A stretch of DNA of 64,000 nt from a virus (lineage: Duplodnaviria > Caudoviricetes): the IMG/VR virus record IMGVR_UViG_3300020465_000014, positions 1,450 through 65,449 of that record; one strand, 5' to 3'. The translations under genes were made by a program, and so were the position numbers. The notes under the pieces are model-generated. The model was not told the origin of the DNA. It did no database searches and saw only the letters and a program-made list of their open reading frames with translations. This document shows, in pieces, positions 19,973 to 29,674 of this stretch; the first letter of the stretch is position 1, and every line of letters begins with the position of its first letter.

Positions 19973-20421
19973 TAGGGCATCACCACGCAATCATCTATCA
20001 TTATCGGCGCTCTCGTCACGCCGTATGCGGTAGCCCCGCATGATAGCGGGTTGTCTGGAGAATACTCAAAACTTGATTCTCCCAATATTTCGACTTTGTT
20101 TGCATTTATCGGGCCTTTTGATGTCTGAATCGTCATTGGCGGTTGCCGTTCTTGCATTGGCAGGTTGCGATTTGCACTAATCATAAATCGGTTAACGTGG
20201 ATTCTCTTCAGGTTCGCTCTCTTCCTTTGAGCCATTGGGTTCTTCGAGCAAGCCCTGTAAACTGAATATGTGGTTTTGCCGTTTGTCTTACCTTTGATTA
20301 TTTTCGCATTCATTCCAAGCATTCTATGTCGATTGGCAATTTTTTCTGCACGATCTCTGGAAATACCATGTATTCCCAAAGTATGTCTTTTTTTGCCTAT
20401 CATCCGAACTTGTGCTGGCAT
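19972..20421 (-). CDS. Tag fused to a small phage-type domain (IHVN...YSPDxPLSCGA)
   Basis: RMIGKKRH...AEKIANRHRMLGMNAKII...YSVY; C-terminal domain resembles a small uncharacterised phage family I recall. Confidence 0.8.
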   Translation of the reverse strand: MPAQVRMIGKKRHTLGIHGISRDRAEKIANRHRMLGMNAKIIKGKTNGKTTYSVYRACSKNPMAQRKRANLKRIHVNRFMISANRNLPMQERQPPMTIQTSKGPINANKVEILGESSFEYSPDNPLSCGATAYGVTRAPIMIDDCVVMP

Positions 20422-22517
20422 TACAAATCCTCCAAGAATTGTAGCTCTCCTGAAGGTTGTTGGAAAATCTGTCCAACCCTCTTAGCAAGCGTAGGATTTG
20501 GAGTCACGCCATCTGGAGAGGGCGCTCTCCATACCTCGATTGTGAAATCTTCGAACTTCAATTCCTTGCCGCTTTGCATGGCTGGAATCAAAGAATCGTA
20601 AGAAGAATATTTCTCAAAGAGTTCGTCATAACTGACTCCAGGCTGTAGCATATTTTTCGCTTCTCGAAGTGCATTTGCCTTTGACCTTTGATACCAAAGA
20701 GATGTTGTATTTCCGCTTAGATCGGTTAGCCTAAGTTGATATTTTGCACCTTCAGTTGCGTCAAGTTGCGCTTGAGCATCTCCGCCCTGGTTAGCAACTC
20801 TTTCAGCCGCAACAAGTCGCCTGTGATTTTCCGCTTGCTCTGCAACTGAACCATCGATGTCTAAGAACTCGAACTGCTCTCGGTTGCGGTCTCTTCCCGA
20901 TACCCATTGAGGCAACATAAATCTCCTAACATAAGGCAATATATCGTTGGCGTAATTCCTATCTTCAGGTTCTCTTTTCGTTCCGTTAAGGAAGAACTTG
21001 AAATCTCCATCTTCCAATCTTGCATCTCCACCTAAACCTTTGATTTGGAATCCAAGATATGTGCCGCTTGACTTATCCATTTCTGCCAAAACTCCGACTA
21101 CTGCGATACCTGGCGCTGGTTTGTTGTTTTGAGAAAATCCTTCCTCTGAATATATTGGATTTTCAGAAAGATAAATTGCATCATCGTAAGCGGTTAGAAT
21201 TGAATCCCATTTATCCGTAGGGTCGTCAGGGTCATACGGAATAATCGAATGCGCTTGACCTGCAGAATCGAGAACAGCCCATCCTTCTTCGACTTCGGTT
21301 TCAAATCCTTCTGCATCATTTACTGGCCTCCATGTCCAAATCCCTCTTTGGTTTGGTCGAGTTCTTACGGGCGCTGATGCGCCTAAACCACCGCCATAAC
21401 CGTCAGGTGGCGCTAAGATCGTTCCATCTGGTGCGGTTAGCATATCTGAACTAAATGAATCATAGAATGCGCTTCCAATTAAGGAATCACCTTCTGAAAA
21501 ATCAATACTATCAAGCAAATCCTCTAAATCAGTTGGTTGTGCAGTTTTTCCTATTCTTGCTTCTTCTCTAAATCTTTCCTGAGATGAAATGATAATTTCC
21601 TTTGTCTCTTCGGGATTGTCGCCCCAAGTTTCGAATCCTTTTTGCCACATTTCATCGATTTTATCATCGAATATCTCATCATAGGTTTCGTCTTTGCTTT
21701 CTATGTCTCCAAGCAACTCATCTAAGTCAAAATCTAAATCAAAATCAGTTTCAACTTTGATTCTTGCATCCTGGGCGCTTTGTCGGTTCATCTCATTGAA
21801 CTCCTCAATAGAGCCGACTGTTGCCGTTCCTTCCTCGATACGAGCATTGATGAAATCCGACATAGCCTCATTCATTCCCATAAACAGGTCTTCTTGAGAA
21901 TCGATTTTTGCCAATTGTGCTTCTTTTTGTTGTAATTGAAATAGATCTCCGCCCTGAAGTCGCTGAAGGGTTGTTATTGCATCAGCGCCACCGATGTTCG
22001 ACAAGTTTTCTCCAAATGAAAGGTTTGGATTATACCCTTGCTGTTGAGATAACCACGTCTGCAGTTTCAAAGTATCAAGTCCAATTAACGGGTCTTGAAA
22101 ATCTCTCCAGGGTATTCTGATGTAGTTGTATGTTGTTGGTCGTTTGAAAGCACTCCAAAGGGCAGGGTTTTCTGGAGAGAAAACTTGCCTTGCTCGTTGC
22201 CATGCTTGATTGTCTTGAGAAAGTTCGACTGCACTTCTAAATCCAAGAGACCTTGCGTAAGCGTTGAAAAGATTGAGGCGATCCACAAACTTAGGATTTC
22301 TAAATCGTGGCAGACCATAGGAACTCATTGCTGGAGTAGCACCAACGAATAATCCAATGTCTCCATCTGCATATCTTACTGCCCTTGCATTGTAGCCACG
22401 TTGTCTTACATTACGTGCGACTTTGGCAATAGTGGTATTGTATTTTGGAGACAATTCCAAAACCTTTCTAAATTTCTTTCCTCTGAATCTCCTTTCATTA
22501 GCTCTCTTTCTCGGCAT
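20421..22517 (-). CDS. Tagged acidic protein
   Basis: RRFRGKKF...AKVARNVRQRGYNARAVRYADGDIGLFVG. Confidence 0.85.
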   Translation of the reverse strand: MPRKRANERRFRGKKFRKVLELSPKYNTTIAKVARNVRQRGYNARAVRYADGDIGLFVGATPAMSSYGLPRFRNPKFVDRLNLFNAYARSLGFRSAVELSQDNQAWQRARQVFSPENPALWSAFKRPTTYNYIRIPWRDFQDPLIGLDTLKLQTWLSQQQGYNPNLSFGENLSNIGGADAITTLQRLQGGDLFQLQQKEAQLAKIDSQEDLFMGMNEAMSDFINARIEEGTATVGSIEEFNEMNRQSAQDARIKVETDFDLDFDLDELLGDIESKDETYDEIFDDKIDEMWQKGFETWGDNPEETKEIIISSQERFREEARIGKTAQPTDLEDLLDSIDFSEGDSLIGSAFYDSFSSDMLTAPDGTILAPPDGYGGGLGASAPVRTRPNQRGIWTWRPVNDAEGFETEVEEGWAVLDSAGQAHSIIPYDPDDPTDKWDSILTAYDDAIYLSENPIYSEEGFSQNNKPAPGIAVVGVLAEMDKSSGTYLGFQIKGLGGDARLEDGDFKFFLNGTKREPEDRNYANDILPYVRRFMLPQWVSGRDRNREQFEFLDIDGSVAEQAENHRRLVAAERVANQGGDAQAQLDATEGAKYQLRLTDLSGNTTSLWYQRSKANALREAKNMLQPGVSYDELFEKYSSYDSLIPAMQSGKELKFEDFTIEVWRAPSPDGVTPNPTLAKRVGQIFQQPSGELQFLEDL

Positions 22518-22527
22518 TGATTTCCAC

Positions 22528-23625
22528 CTAACCCAAAACGGCTGTGTTAGCCCATATCGACCATGCCAGTAATGATTTAGAAATCAACGATAGCCAAATG
22601 TATATTCTTTCACCAAACAGGTAGTTTGGATAAACGCCTTCTGCATACTGAAGTGCATGGTTGAAAGCGAATGATTGGAAAAGCAAAAATTGTGTTACTA
22701 TGATGAACCAAACAAAGTCAGGAACTTCGGAAAGGTCTGCGCCAATCTGTGAAAGGTTGAGGAAAATTGAGCCATAAACTGCAATCCAGGGGAAAGCACC
22801 AACAATGCAACCCATGATGAAGGGTGTCCAATCCGTCCTATCTCGGTCTGGTGGATTTTGAACTTCAGATAGCCACCCAAATAGAATCATGCCAATATTA
22901 GCACCAGCAACTCCAATCAATGCTGAAAGATTGGTAAGTCCTGAAAGTAGCATGATAATCAAAATCATAATTGTTGATGATAAAGCATACTCGACCCATC
23001 TGAAGATATTTATTCCACGATCTAATTGTCCTTTGTAAACTTCAAACACACCTGGCAATACAGTCAGATAATGGAAAACTGCAGATAACAGGGAGAATGA
23101 TGCAACCCAATATGCGATTATTGCCTCGTAGTTTGATACAATTACTGGAGAGCATTCTCCATTTTCATAGCAACCAGGAGGGCCAGGTGCAAATGTGCTT
23201 AGAACTGTGATTACGAAATCCTGATTCGCCCATAGAATCATTGCCAATCCAGAAAGCAGGTGAACAGTTCCTACCAAAAATGAAAATCTCCGAATAGAAT
23301 CGTAATCCTCCTCCGTCACATCATCTGCAACCTGCGCTCTCCTTGAAGCCACAATCGCCTCTTGATTGTAAATTGAAGAAGATCGCTTGCTGATTCTCGG
23401 TTTAGGCATCTGCGGATTTACCATATCGCTCAAAATCTCTTCTTGCTTTGTTAATCGATTAGGATTCGTTACTACTTGCCATCCCTTCTTCTTCGGCAAT
23501 ACTCTCGCTAATTTTCCTTGATTTCTCATTTTTTCAGCGACTTTTTCAGCACTTTGTTTCGAGGAAAGGTTTGCTTCGTTTACGAAAGGCTGTTTTGAGC
23601 CTCTTACGTCAAATCGCCTTGCCAT
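22528..23625 (-). CDS. heR: Heliorhodopsin with ~110-aa N-terminal extension carrying the basic tag
   Basis: 7 TM; HeR motifs NIFRWVEYALSS, MILFG, GERIYIWLSLISKSLLAW (Schiff-base Lys). Confidence 0.92.
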   Translation of the reverse strand: MARRFDVRGSKQPFVNEANLSSKQSAEKVAEKMRNQGKLARVLPKKKGWQVVTNPNRLTKQEEILSDMVNPQMPKPRISKRSSSIYNQEAIVASRRAQVADDVTEEDYDSIRRFSFLVGTVHLLSGLAMILWANQDFVITVLSTFAPGPPGCYENGECSPVIVSNYEAIIAYWVASFSLLSAVFHYLTVLPGVFEVYKGQLDRGINIFRWVEYALSSTIMILIIMLLSGLTNLSALIGVAGANIGMILFGWLSEVQNPPDRDRTDWTPFIMGCIVGAFPWIAVYGSIFLNLSQIGADLSEVPDFVWFIIVTQFLLFQSFAFNHALQYAEGVYPNYLFGERIYIWLSLISKSLLAWSIWANTAVLG

Positions 23626-23675
23626 GTCTCCACCTCCCTAAATGGCATAATAACGGCTTTGGCGTAAGTTGGTTT

Positions 23676-23687
23676 AGATGCACACTT
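23676..23687 (-). promoter_or_regulatory. Upstream box AGATGCACACTT (exact), 51 bp before heliorhodopsin ATG
   Basis: Exact intergenic 12-mer; TTATTATG TATA-like element between box and start. Confidence 0.75.
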
Positions 23688-23698
23688 TATCAGCGTAG

Positions 23699-25663
23699 TC
23701 AATCGTCCCCAAGTATGCTTTTCCAGGCTCTCCTTATTTCACCAACTTTTTCTGTTCCGCCATCCCACGAACTGCCTCCTATTGGTTTGGCAAGTATTGC
23801 GGCAGGTAAGTTGGAGAAATCACTTTTCTTGTCGATGAAGTCCTCAATTGCATTAGCGGACATTCTTCCTTGATTATCTGAATACTTGTAATCTTTAGCC
23901 AACTGCTTGTCCCATTTTTTGTTTAGAGCTACCGAATCGTTGTCGAGCATATATTTATCCTCCCAACCATGAATCCAATCGGGCATATCTTTGTCGAAGG
24001 CGAACCTCTGATAATTCCAAAGCCGTTTATCGTATGGTATTTTTCCAAAATTGCTTCCATAACCCTGATACGAAGGAACGGCTGTCTGAAGACCTACGTT
24101 CCGCTTGATGTCTTTCGTATCTTTGTTGGGATCTAAATGCAAATTGCCGTTTTCATCAGGGACAAACTTCGAGCCATCTGGAGGGTATGCTTCTTTTCGA
24201 GCAACCCATTCAACGAATGCCATATTTCCTGTTTCTGTATCTGACTTTCCAGGGTCTCCTTCTACGCCAAAATATCGCTTGTTGAAATCTGTCCTCATTC
24301 TCTTTGCAGATGGAGAAAAGTCATTCCATATCGCTAATTGTAATGCAAAATCGACTTGTGAAATGTTCCACATCTTGCCTCCATAGAAAAGTGCTACGTT
24401 ATTTTGGTCTCCATCGTCTTCATCATAATCAGTTCCGTCTTGCCAACCAAGCGGTGTTCCTTCTTTATCGAAGAATACTTGATGGTCTCCTATGGCATAA
24501 AGTGCATCTGGATTTTGTGTCGACAATTTGTGGGCTTCTTTCATTGTCTGCCATAATCGATAATGCCAGGAGTCGTTAGGTAGGAATCCTCCCCGTTCTT
24601 CACCAAGAGATGCAGACATACGAAGAATCCATCTTCTTACAGGCAACTGTTCCCAGTAATCATTAGTGTATTCTTTTCCTATTCCTAAAGCATGGGATTC
24701 TGATTCGGTAGTTGATACTCCGTAAATGATGGCGGGATAACTCAAGTGTTCCGCCCAAGCGTCTTCTGAAATTGGCGCATCCTCTAAGAGATTGTAATAA
24801 CCGCCTCTCGGATCTTCATTGTTGCCTGTAATGTTGTAGTGGTCTTCTAAAGAACCGCCGCCAATTGTGTAATCAGAAGCGCCATAATCGCCATACTTCT
24901 TAATCAGAAAGTGCTTAATCGGGGTCAATGGTCGAATAAAATATTCTGGACTTTTTTCTGCACCTTCAGTAAAAATCGCTGAATCAAAGTTAATCTCATT
25001 TTCCAAAAGTGCCTCTGAAGTGTCCTCATTTAATTCTCTATCCAGAAATTCAGAACCCATCATTCCTGATGATTCTAAGCGTTCCATTGGTCGGTTTTCA
25101 CCGCCTCGAAATAAAGTAAAAATTGAACCGCTACCCGCAACATTTGGCGGTGTGCTTTCAATTGGCAGATTGCCCCATGTTCCACGTCTTACGAATATAT
25201 TTTCTCCAAGAAGTGTATTTACTCCGCTATTCCTCCACGCTGTTTTCGATTCGACTTTGCCTGGCCCACGTCTTCGAATATTCACATCAAGTCCTTTCCT
25301 TCGGCCTTTTTGTCTCTCTGTAACCATCCTATTTTTCCTATCCATAGTCATAGATTTGGGGACTTTAGGCGCATCACCGCCATATTCTGATTCCCATTGC
25401 ATATCCCACCATTCGCTGAAATCTTTAGGATCGTCTGAAGGAGGAAGCATATCTGAGTTGTAGCTCTTTCGTGAATATATCCCCATCTCTCCATTAGCCC
25501 ATTTTACGGTTCTTACATTGATGCCTTTACGTCTTGCAGTAGCAATCGCCTTCGCTAAAGCCAGCCTTCTTTTGTAGGGCATATTCGAAACCTGCATAAC
25601 ACTCGCTTTCTGGTAAGGTTTTTTGTTGAACCTTCTAATTAGTGGTCGTCTTTTTCGATTGAT
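23699..25663 (-). CDS. Tagged acidic protein, probable ATC start
   Basis: In-frame INRKRRPLIRRFNKKPYQKASV upstream of the track ATG matches the N-terminus of the adjacent paralog; ATC follows GGGGTGA SD. Confidence 0.75.
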   Translation of the reverse strand: MNRKRRPLIRRFNKKPYQKASVMQVSNMPYKRRLALAKAIATARRKGINVRTVKWANGEMGIYSRKSYNSDMLPPSDDPKDFSEWWDMQWESEYGGDAPKVPKSMTMDRKNRMVTERQKGRRKGLDVNIRRRGPGKVESKTAWRNSGVNTLLGENIFVRRGTWGNLPIESTPPNVAGSGSIFTLFRGGENRPMERLESSGMMGSEFLDRELNEDTSEALLENEINFDSAIFTEGAEKSPEYFIRPLTPIKHFLIKKYGDYGASDYTIGGGSLEDHYNITGNNEDPRGGYYNLLEDAPISEDAWAEHLSYPAIIYGVSTTESESHALGIGKEYTNDYWEQLPVRRWILRMSASLGEERGGFLPNDSWHYRLWQTMKEAHKLSTQNPDALYAIGDHQVFFDKEGTPLGWQDGTDYDEDDGDQNNVALFYGGKMWNISQVDFALQLAIWNDFSPSAKRMRTDFNKRYFGVEGDPGKSDTETGNMAFVEWVARKEAYPPDGSKFVPDENGNLHLDPNKDTKDIKRNVGLQTAVPSYQGYGSNFGKIPYDKRLWNYQRFAFDKDMPDWIHGWEDKYMLDNDSVALNKKWDKQLAKDYKYSDNQGRMSANAIEDFIDKKSDFSNLPAAILAKPIGGSSWDGGTEKVGEIRRAWKSILGDD

Positions 25664-25667
25664 TCAA

Positions 25668-27482
25668 TCACCCCCTCATTTGCCATTTTCGCCTTTCGAT
25701 TTCTAATGATATGTCCTCATCGGGGACATCATCCCAATTAACCCAACTTCCTCTCAAGAATCCCTTGATTGAGTCGCCGTCTCTGTCGAGCATATTCTCG
25801 AATCGTTCTTTTGCTTCTGCAGGGGTTTCAATAGATCCATCCATTCTGTATCTTCGCCCTGCCTCTGTGAAATTGATTCCACGTTCTGTAAGTTCTTCAA
25901 CTACTTCACTTTGCCATATTCCATGATAGCCAGGATTCCATTCATCTTCTAATTCAACTTCTGTTAACAGATGAGGCGAGCCGCCATAGACCTCAAGCCA
26001 ATTTGCGATTCCTGATTCTCCCCATTCTGTAATTGCGAAATTAAATTGATTAGCGAAGTTAGGGTCGTCATAATCTCCTGGGTCTTTTTCTCTCAACTTA
26101 ACTCCTCTGAACCACAATTGAGCCAGCCCGTCTTTCCATTCCCTTCTATCGCCCCAACCTCTATCTTCAGCGATTTGATTTGTAAGTTGGTCTGCAAAAT
26201 TAGTTCCGTATTTTTCGAGATAACTTCCGTCTGCTTCTATTTCGTCTCTCTCGACCCATTCTCCATCGATGTAATATCCATCGTCTCCATCAAACTCAAG
26301 TTCATTATCTGGAGTAATTCTGATTCCCTCAAAATCACCACGTCTTCCAGAGAAAACGGCGGTATCGATAGCGACAACGGTTATCTCGTTGTCCCTGTAT
26401 AGTGAAAGGCGCTCTGCTTCTTCTTCTATGTCTGCATCATTTGCATTCAAGCGTTCTCTTCCCTGGCCTTGCTTTGCTACGTCTATGGCGTATGGTGCTT
26501 TAGCCGCAATTGCATTTAGGAAAGCTACTTCTCCTGGATATTTGGTTTGTGAGTAATCTGCTTGTCCTGTTGCGAATACATCATCGAGTTCTTTTGTTGC
26601 AGTCAAAAGGGTATCATCCAGCCTGTATGCGGCCTTCATATTCCACGCATCGGGATTATCACTCCAGGGTGAACCTGACGATCTAACAGTAACTACTGGC
26701 AAAGCCACGTATTCAGGAATTGAAAGCATTGTAATCGTATTTGCGTCTGGAAGTTCTGCACCTACAATTCCCTGTTGAGATGGGTTATATCGAGGCGCTT
26801 CTGGTGTTGAAAAGTCCAATCTTTCGAACTCTTCTTCGGTCATTATTAGTTTGGCATTGCCAAGTTGATTCGAAGGATTCATCCCTGTCTCAATTATGTT
26901 CTCTCCAACAGCCCAACGGACTATTTCCTCAAATCCTTTACCTCCAGACCTAAGACCAAATAAGGCTCTTGACTCTGAATCCTTTTCGTTCTTCTTAATT
27001 GCCATATCAACAGAATAATATTCGCTGTCCAAATCAGCCATGAACTCCTCCCAATCAGCCATCATATCTTCATTGTCTATATCGAAATCCATTCCCCCAT
27101 AACCGTAATCTTCCATGAATAATTCTAAGTCCGTCAACTCTCTATCCATTGTGCCGCTTTGAATCATCTCGTTTAGATTTCTGGTTCGAGCAAGTTTTCT
27201 AATTGAGTCAGGTTGCCTTTTCAACGGAGATCCTTTCCGTCTCGGTTTCCTGGTTTCTCTTTTGTTGTAAACAAGGGGCGATTTCCTGGTCGCTTTCCTT
27301 GCATATACGCCAATTTCACCATTAGCCCAACCTACCGTTCTAATATTGATGCCGTTTGCTCTCAATTTCTGAACTCGTTGCGATAAAATACGCCGTTGAT
27401 TGAAATTAAGATTTGGCAAAACTCGAACCTTTGAATACGGTTTCCTGTTAAATTGCCTGATATTTGGCCTTCGTCTCATCAA
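25668..27482 (-). CDS. Tagged acidic protein, paralog of 23699-25663
   Basis: RQFNRKPY...LRANGINIRTVGWANGEIGVYARK versus ARRKGINVRTVKWANGEMGIYSRK. Confidence 0.85.
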   Translation of the reverse strand: MMRRRPNIRQFNRKPYSKVRVLPNLNFNQRRILSQRVQKLRANGINIRTVGWANGEIGVYARKATRKSPLVYNKRETRKPRRKGSPLKRQPDSIRKLARTRNLNEMIQSGTMDRELTDLELFMEDYGYGGMDFDIDNEDMMADWEEFMADLDSEYYSVDMAIKKNEKDSESRALFGLRSGGKGFEEIVRWAVGENIIETGMNPSNQLGNAKLIMTEEEFERLDFSTPEAPRYNPSQQGIVGAELPDANTITMLSIPEYVALPVVTVRSSGSPWSDNPDAWNMKAAYRLDDTLLTATKELDDVFATGQADYSQTKYPGEVAFLNAIAAKAPYAIDVAKQGQGRERLNANDADIEEEAERLSLYRDNEITVVAIDTAVFSGRRGDFEGIRITPDNELEFDGDDGYYIDGEWVERDEIEADGSYLEKYGTNFADQLTNQIAEDRGWGDRREWKDGLAQLWFRGVKLREKDPGDYDDPNFANQFNFAITEWGESGIANWLEVYGGSPHLLTEVELEDEWNPGYHGIWQSEVVEELTERGINFTEAGRRYRMDGSIETPAEAKERFENMLDRDGDSIKGFLRGSWVNWDDVPDEDISLEIERRKWQMRG

Positions 27483-28546
27483 AAGCCCTCCCTGTCTCTG
27501 AGAATCTTCTCGTCTTCATCAGTCCATTGGTCGATAACTCGTCCTCTCTTTCCGCCCCTCATGGGTCTCCTGTCTCTATTACGTTTGATGGATTCGTCAG
27601 TCCTGGATGCTTTCATGTTTGGCGCTCGATTTACCTTTTTGATTTCGAGATCTATTTCATCTGAATGAATTGCGCCTCCTTTGTTATCATAGTAGTAGCC
27701 GATTTCTTCAATTCTATCTGCAAGTTTTTGCCTGAACTCCTTAGCCTCATCCAATGTGCCAAATGCGTATGTTGGTTGATTTTGTTTGGTGGGTAAATTC
27801 TCCATGCCTTCACCAACAAACCGTTCAAAGGCTGGTCGATTCCAATTTATTACAACCCAAAACCTCGCAGGTTTGGAAACTTTAGGAATATTCCCTCCTG
27901 AAGTTATCAGTTCTCCTCCAAAACCAGCAATTCCTGAATCACTTTCACCTGCTATGTTGATGTTGTTAAGATGGCGAACATTCATTGCGACTGCATTTTC
28001 AGGGTGTATCTCTTCTGCAAGAGATGTTCTTTTCGTTTCGAAAGAGCTTGCTGGCAAAGTCGGCAAATCTTTTTCTCCAATTTCGTTAATTCGGTTCAAT
28101 GAGTTTTGAAATCGGCTTTGAGTATTTTGCGCCACGCCTGGTATTGAATCTCCCAAAAAGAAGTAAGCCTGATCGTCTGTGGAATCTCCGAATTGGTAAT
28201 CGCCGTTTCGTAAATTCAGGTTTGCCGACTCTCTTTGGTCTGGAGTTTTTTTGTCCATTGAATCTTGAACCCTTCTCGCAGACATTAAGCCGCTTTCAGA
28301 TATTTTGATGTTGACCGTATCAGTAAATGTGACGTTGTATTTTTTGGGCGAGGCATAAACTCCACTACCTCCTCTCCAACTTACTACCCTGGCATTATAC
28401 CCTCTTTGACGCAGAAGTTCTGCTTGTCTTTCTGCAATTGACTTACTTTCTATTGGGTGTCTCGGCCTACCGTCTCTTGTGTAATTGTATGTCCTGGAGA
28501 CAAGTCGGTATGGGTTTCCATCAAACCTACGGACTAATTTCACCAT
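27479..28546 (-). CDS. Tagged hypothetical protein
   Basis: RRFDGNPY...SKSIAERQAELLRQRGYNARVVSWRGGSGVYASP. Confidence 0.85.
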   Translation of the reverse strand: MVKLVRRFDGNPYRLVSRTYNYTRDGRPRHPIESKSIAERQAELLRQRGYNARVVSWRGGSGVYASPKKYNVTFTDTVNIKISESGLMSARRVQDSMDKKTPDQRESANLNLRNGDYQFGDSTDDQAYFFLGDSIPGVAQNTQSRFQNSLNRINEIGEKDLPTLPASSFETKRTSLAEEIHPENAVAMNVRHLNNINIAGESDSGIAGFGGELITSGGNIPKVSKPARFWVVINWNRPAFERFVGEGMENLPTKQNQPTYAFGTLDEAKEFRQKLADRIEEIGYYYDNKGGAIHSDEIDLEIKKVNRAPNMKASRTDESIKRNRDRRPMRGGKRGRVIDQWTDEDEKILRDREGF

Positions 28547-29673
28547 CAGAAATCACCTTCACGAACCCTTATTTTTGAAACAGGAATAGTATCTCGAATG
28601 CAGAGGGTGTGAGTCGTTTTGTAGCCTGATTCCCAATCTGTATCTGATTCAGGCCAAAGCAAATATCTCGGATCTCTTTGCTTATTCATCTTAGCAAGTG
28701 TTTCCATCCAGGATGAATCCGTTTTCCATAACGGTTCTGACTCTCCTGTTTCGTCATTGTAATATTCATCTTCTAAAACTCCCATGCTCATATCATACAT
28801 CTCGTAATCAGGTTGGAAGTATCTCTTCATTTCTGCGGGACTATCAATCACAACTTCGAGAAAAATATCTTCTGCATAAGCAGATGGATAGGCATTGTCT
28901 GAAGCAATGTCTGCAAAGGTGTCTGGAATGTTCAATTCATCTGTTCCAAATGGAGTAGCAAAACAGCCAGCAGTCATTTTTCCTTCTGCTTGTATATCAA
29001 TCCAATTTTTGAGAGAAGTTCCATGAGTCATTATTATTGGGAATCTGATTTGCTCATAATTCGGCGGCAGTAATCTTTTGGCATGGAGTTCGAGCAATCT
29101 CTTCTCCTCTCCAGTAATGAATGCAACTGGCTTTACGCACATACTGCAGGTTTCTCCAAAGTTCGCATCTGAATCATTGCCACAAATCGGACAAGGCCAG
29201 CAACCATAACTTCTGTCGTCATGGTCTTCTTCTATACCTTCACAACCACAATCTCCGCCTTTTCTGCATACTGCAGGTGGCTTATCTGGTGCTACCAATT
29301 CACCCCATGCCTCCAGAGGGTCTTCTATTTCATCGACATTGAATCCTTTTTCGTATTCGTCAATTGGCCCATCTCCATACCAGGCGAACTTCGGGTCGTC
29401 TGCTTCGGGCATTTCTCCAAAGTCCTTTTCTCGGCCTACTGAATCTGAATACCAATCTCCAGTATTAGCAACGGGCAGATCGCTTGGAAATTTAGTTGCA
29501 TATTTCCTTCGATTGCCAATGTATATCCCATGTCCGCCTGTTTTGGTGTGAATGACCCTGGCGTTGTAGCCCCTTCTTCGTATTGCTTCTGCAACATTTT
29601 GAGCATGGCCTTTGTTTGTAGCTCTCCCTAACCTTCTGAATGAGACATTATCGATTCTTCTAACTGTTCGCAT
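28546..29673 (-). CDS. Tagged protein with Cys-rich Zn module and ADP-ribosyltransferase-like domain
   Basis: RRIDNVSF...AEAIRRRGYNARVIHTKTGGHGIYIG; CPIC/CSMC; THGTS...I...G, LEV, IPxxxI pattern of Tpt1/ART folds. Confidence 0.7.
   Translation of the reverse strand: MRTVRRIDNVSFRRLGRATNKGHAQNVAEAIRRRGYNARVIHTKTGGHGIYIGNRRKYATKFPSDLPVANTGDWYSDSVGREKDFGEMPEADDPKFAWYGDGPIDEYEKGFNVDEIEDPLEAWGELVAPDKPPAVCRKGGDCGCEGIEEDHDDRSYGCWPCPICGNDSDANFGETCSMCVKPVAFITGEEKRLLELHAKRLLPPNYEQIRFPIIMTHGTSLKNWIDIQAEGKMTAGCFATPFGTDELNIPDTFADIASDNAYPSAYAEDIFLEVVIDSPAEMKRYFQPDYEMYDMSMGVLEDEYYNDETGESEPLWKTDSSWMETLAKMNKQRDPRYLLWPESDTDWESGYKTTHTLCIRDTIPVSKIRVREGDF
29516..29580. repeat. 65-bp dispersed repeat (tag-coding), copy 1
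   Basis: 61/65 identical to 61887-61951, including a 33-bp perfect run. Confidence 0.9.
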
Positions 29674-29674
29674 T

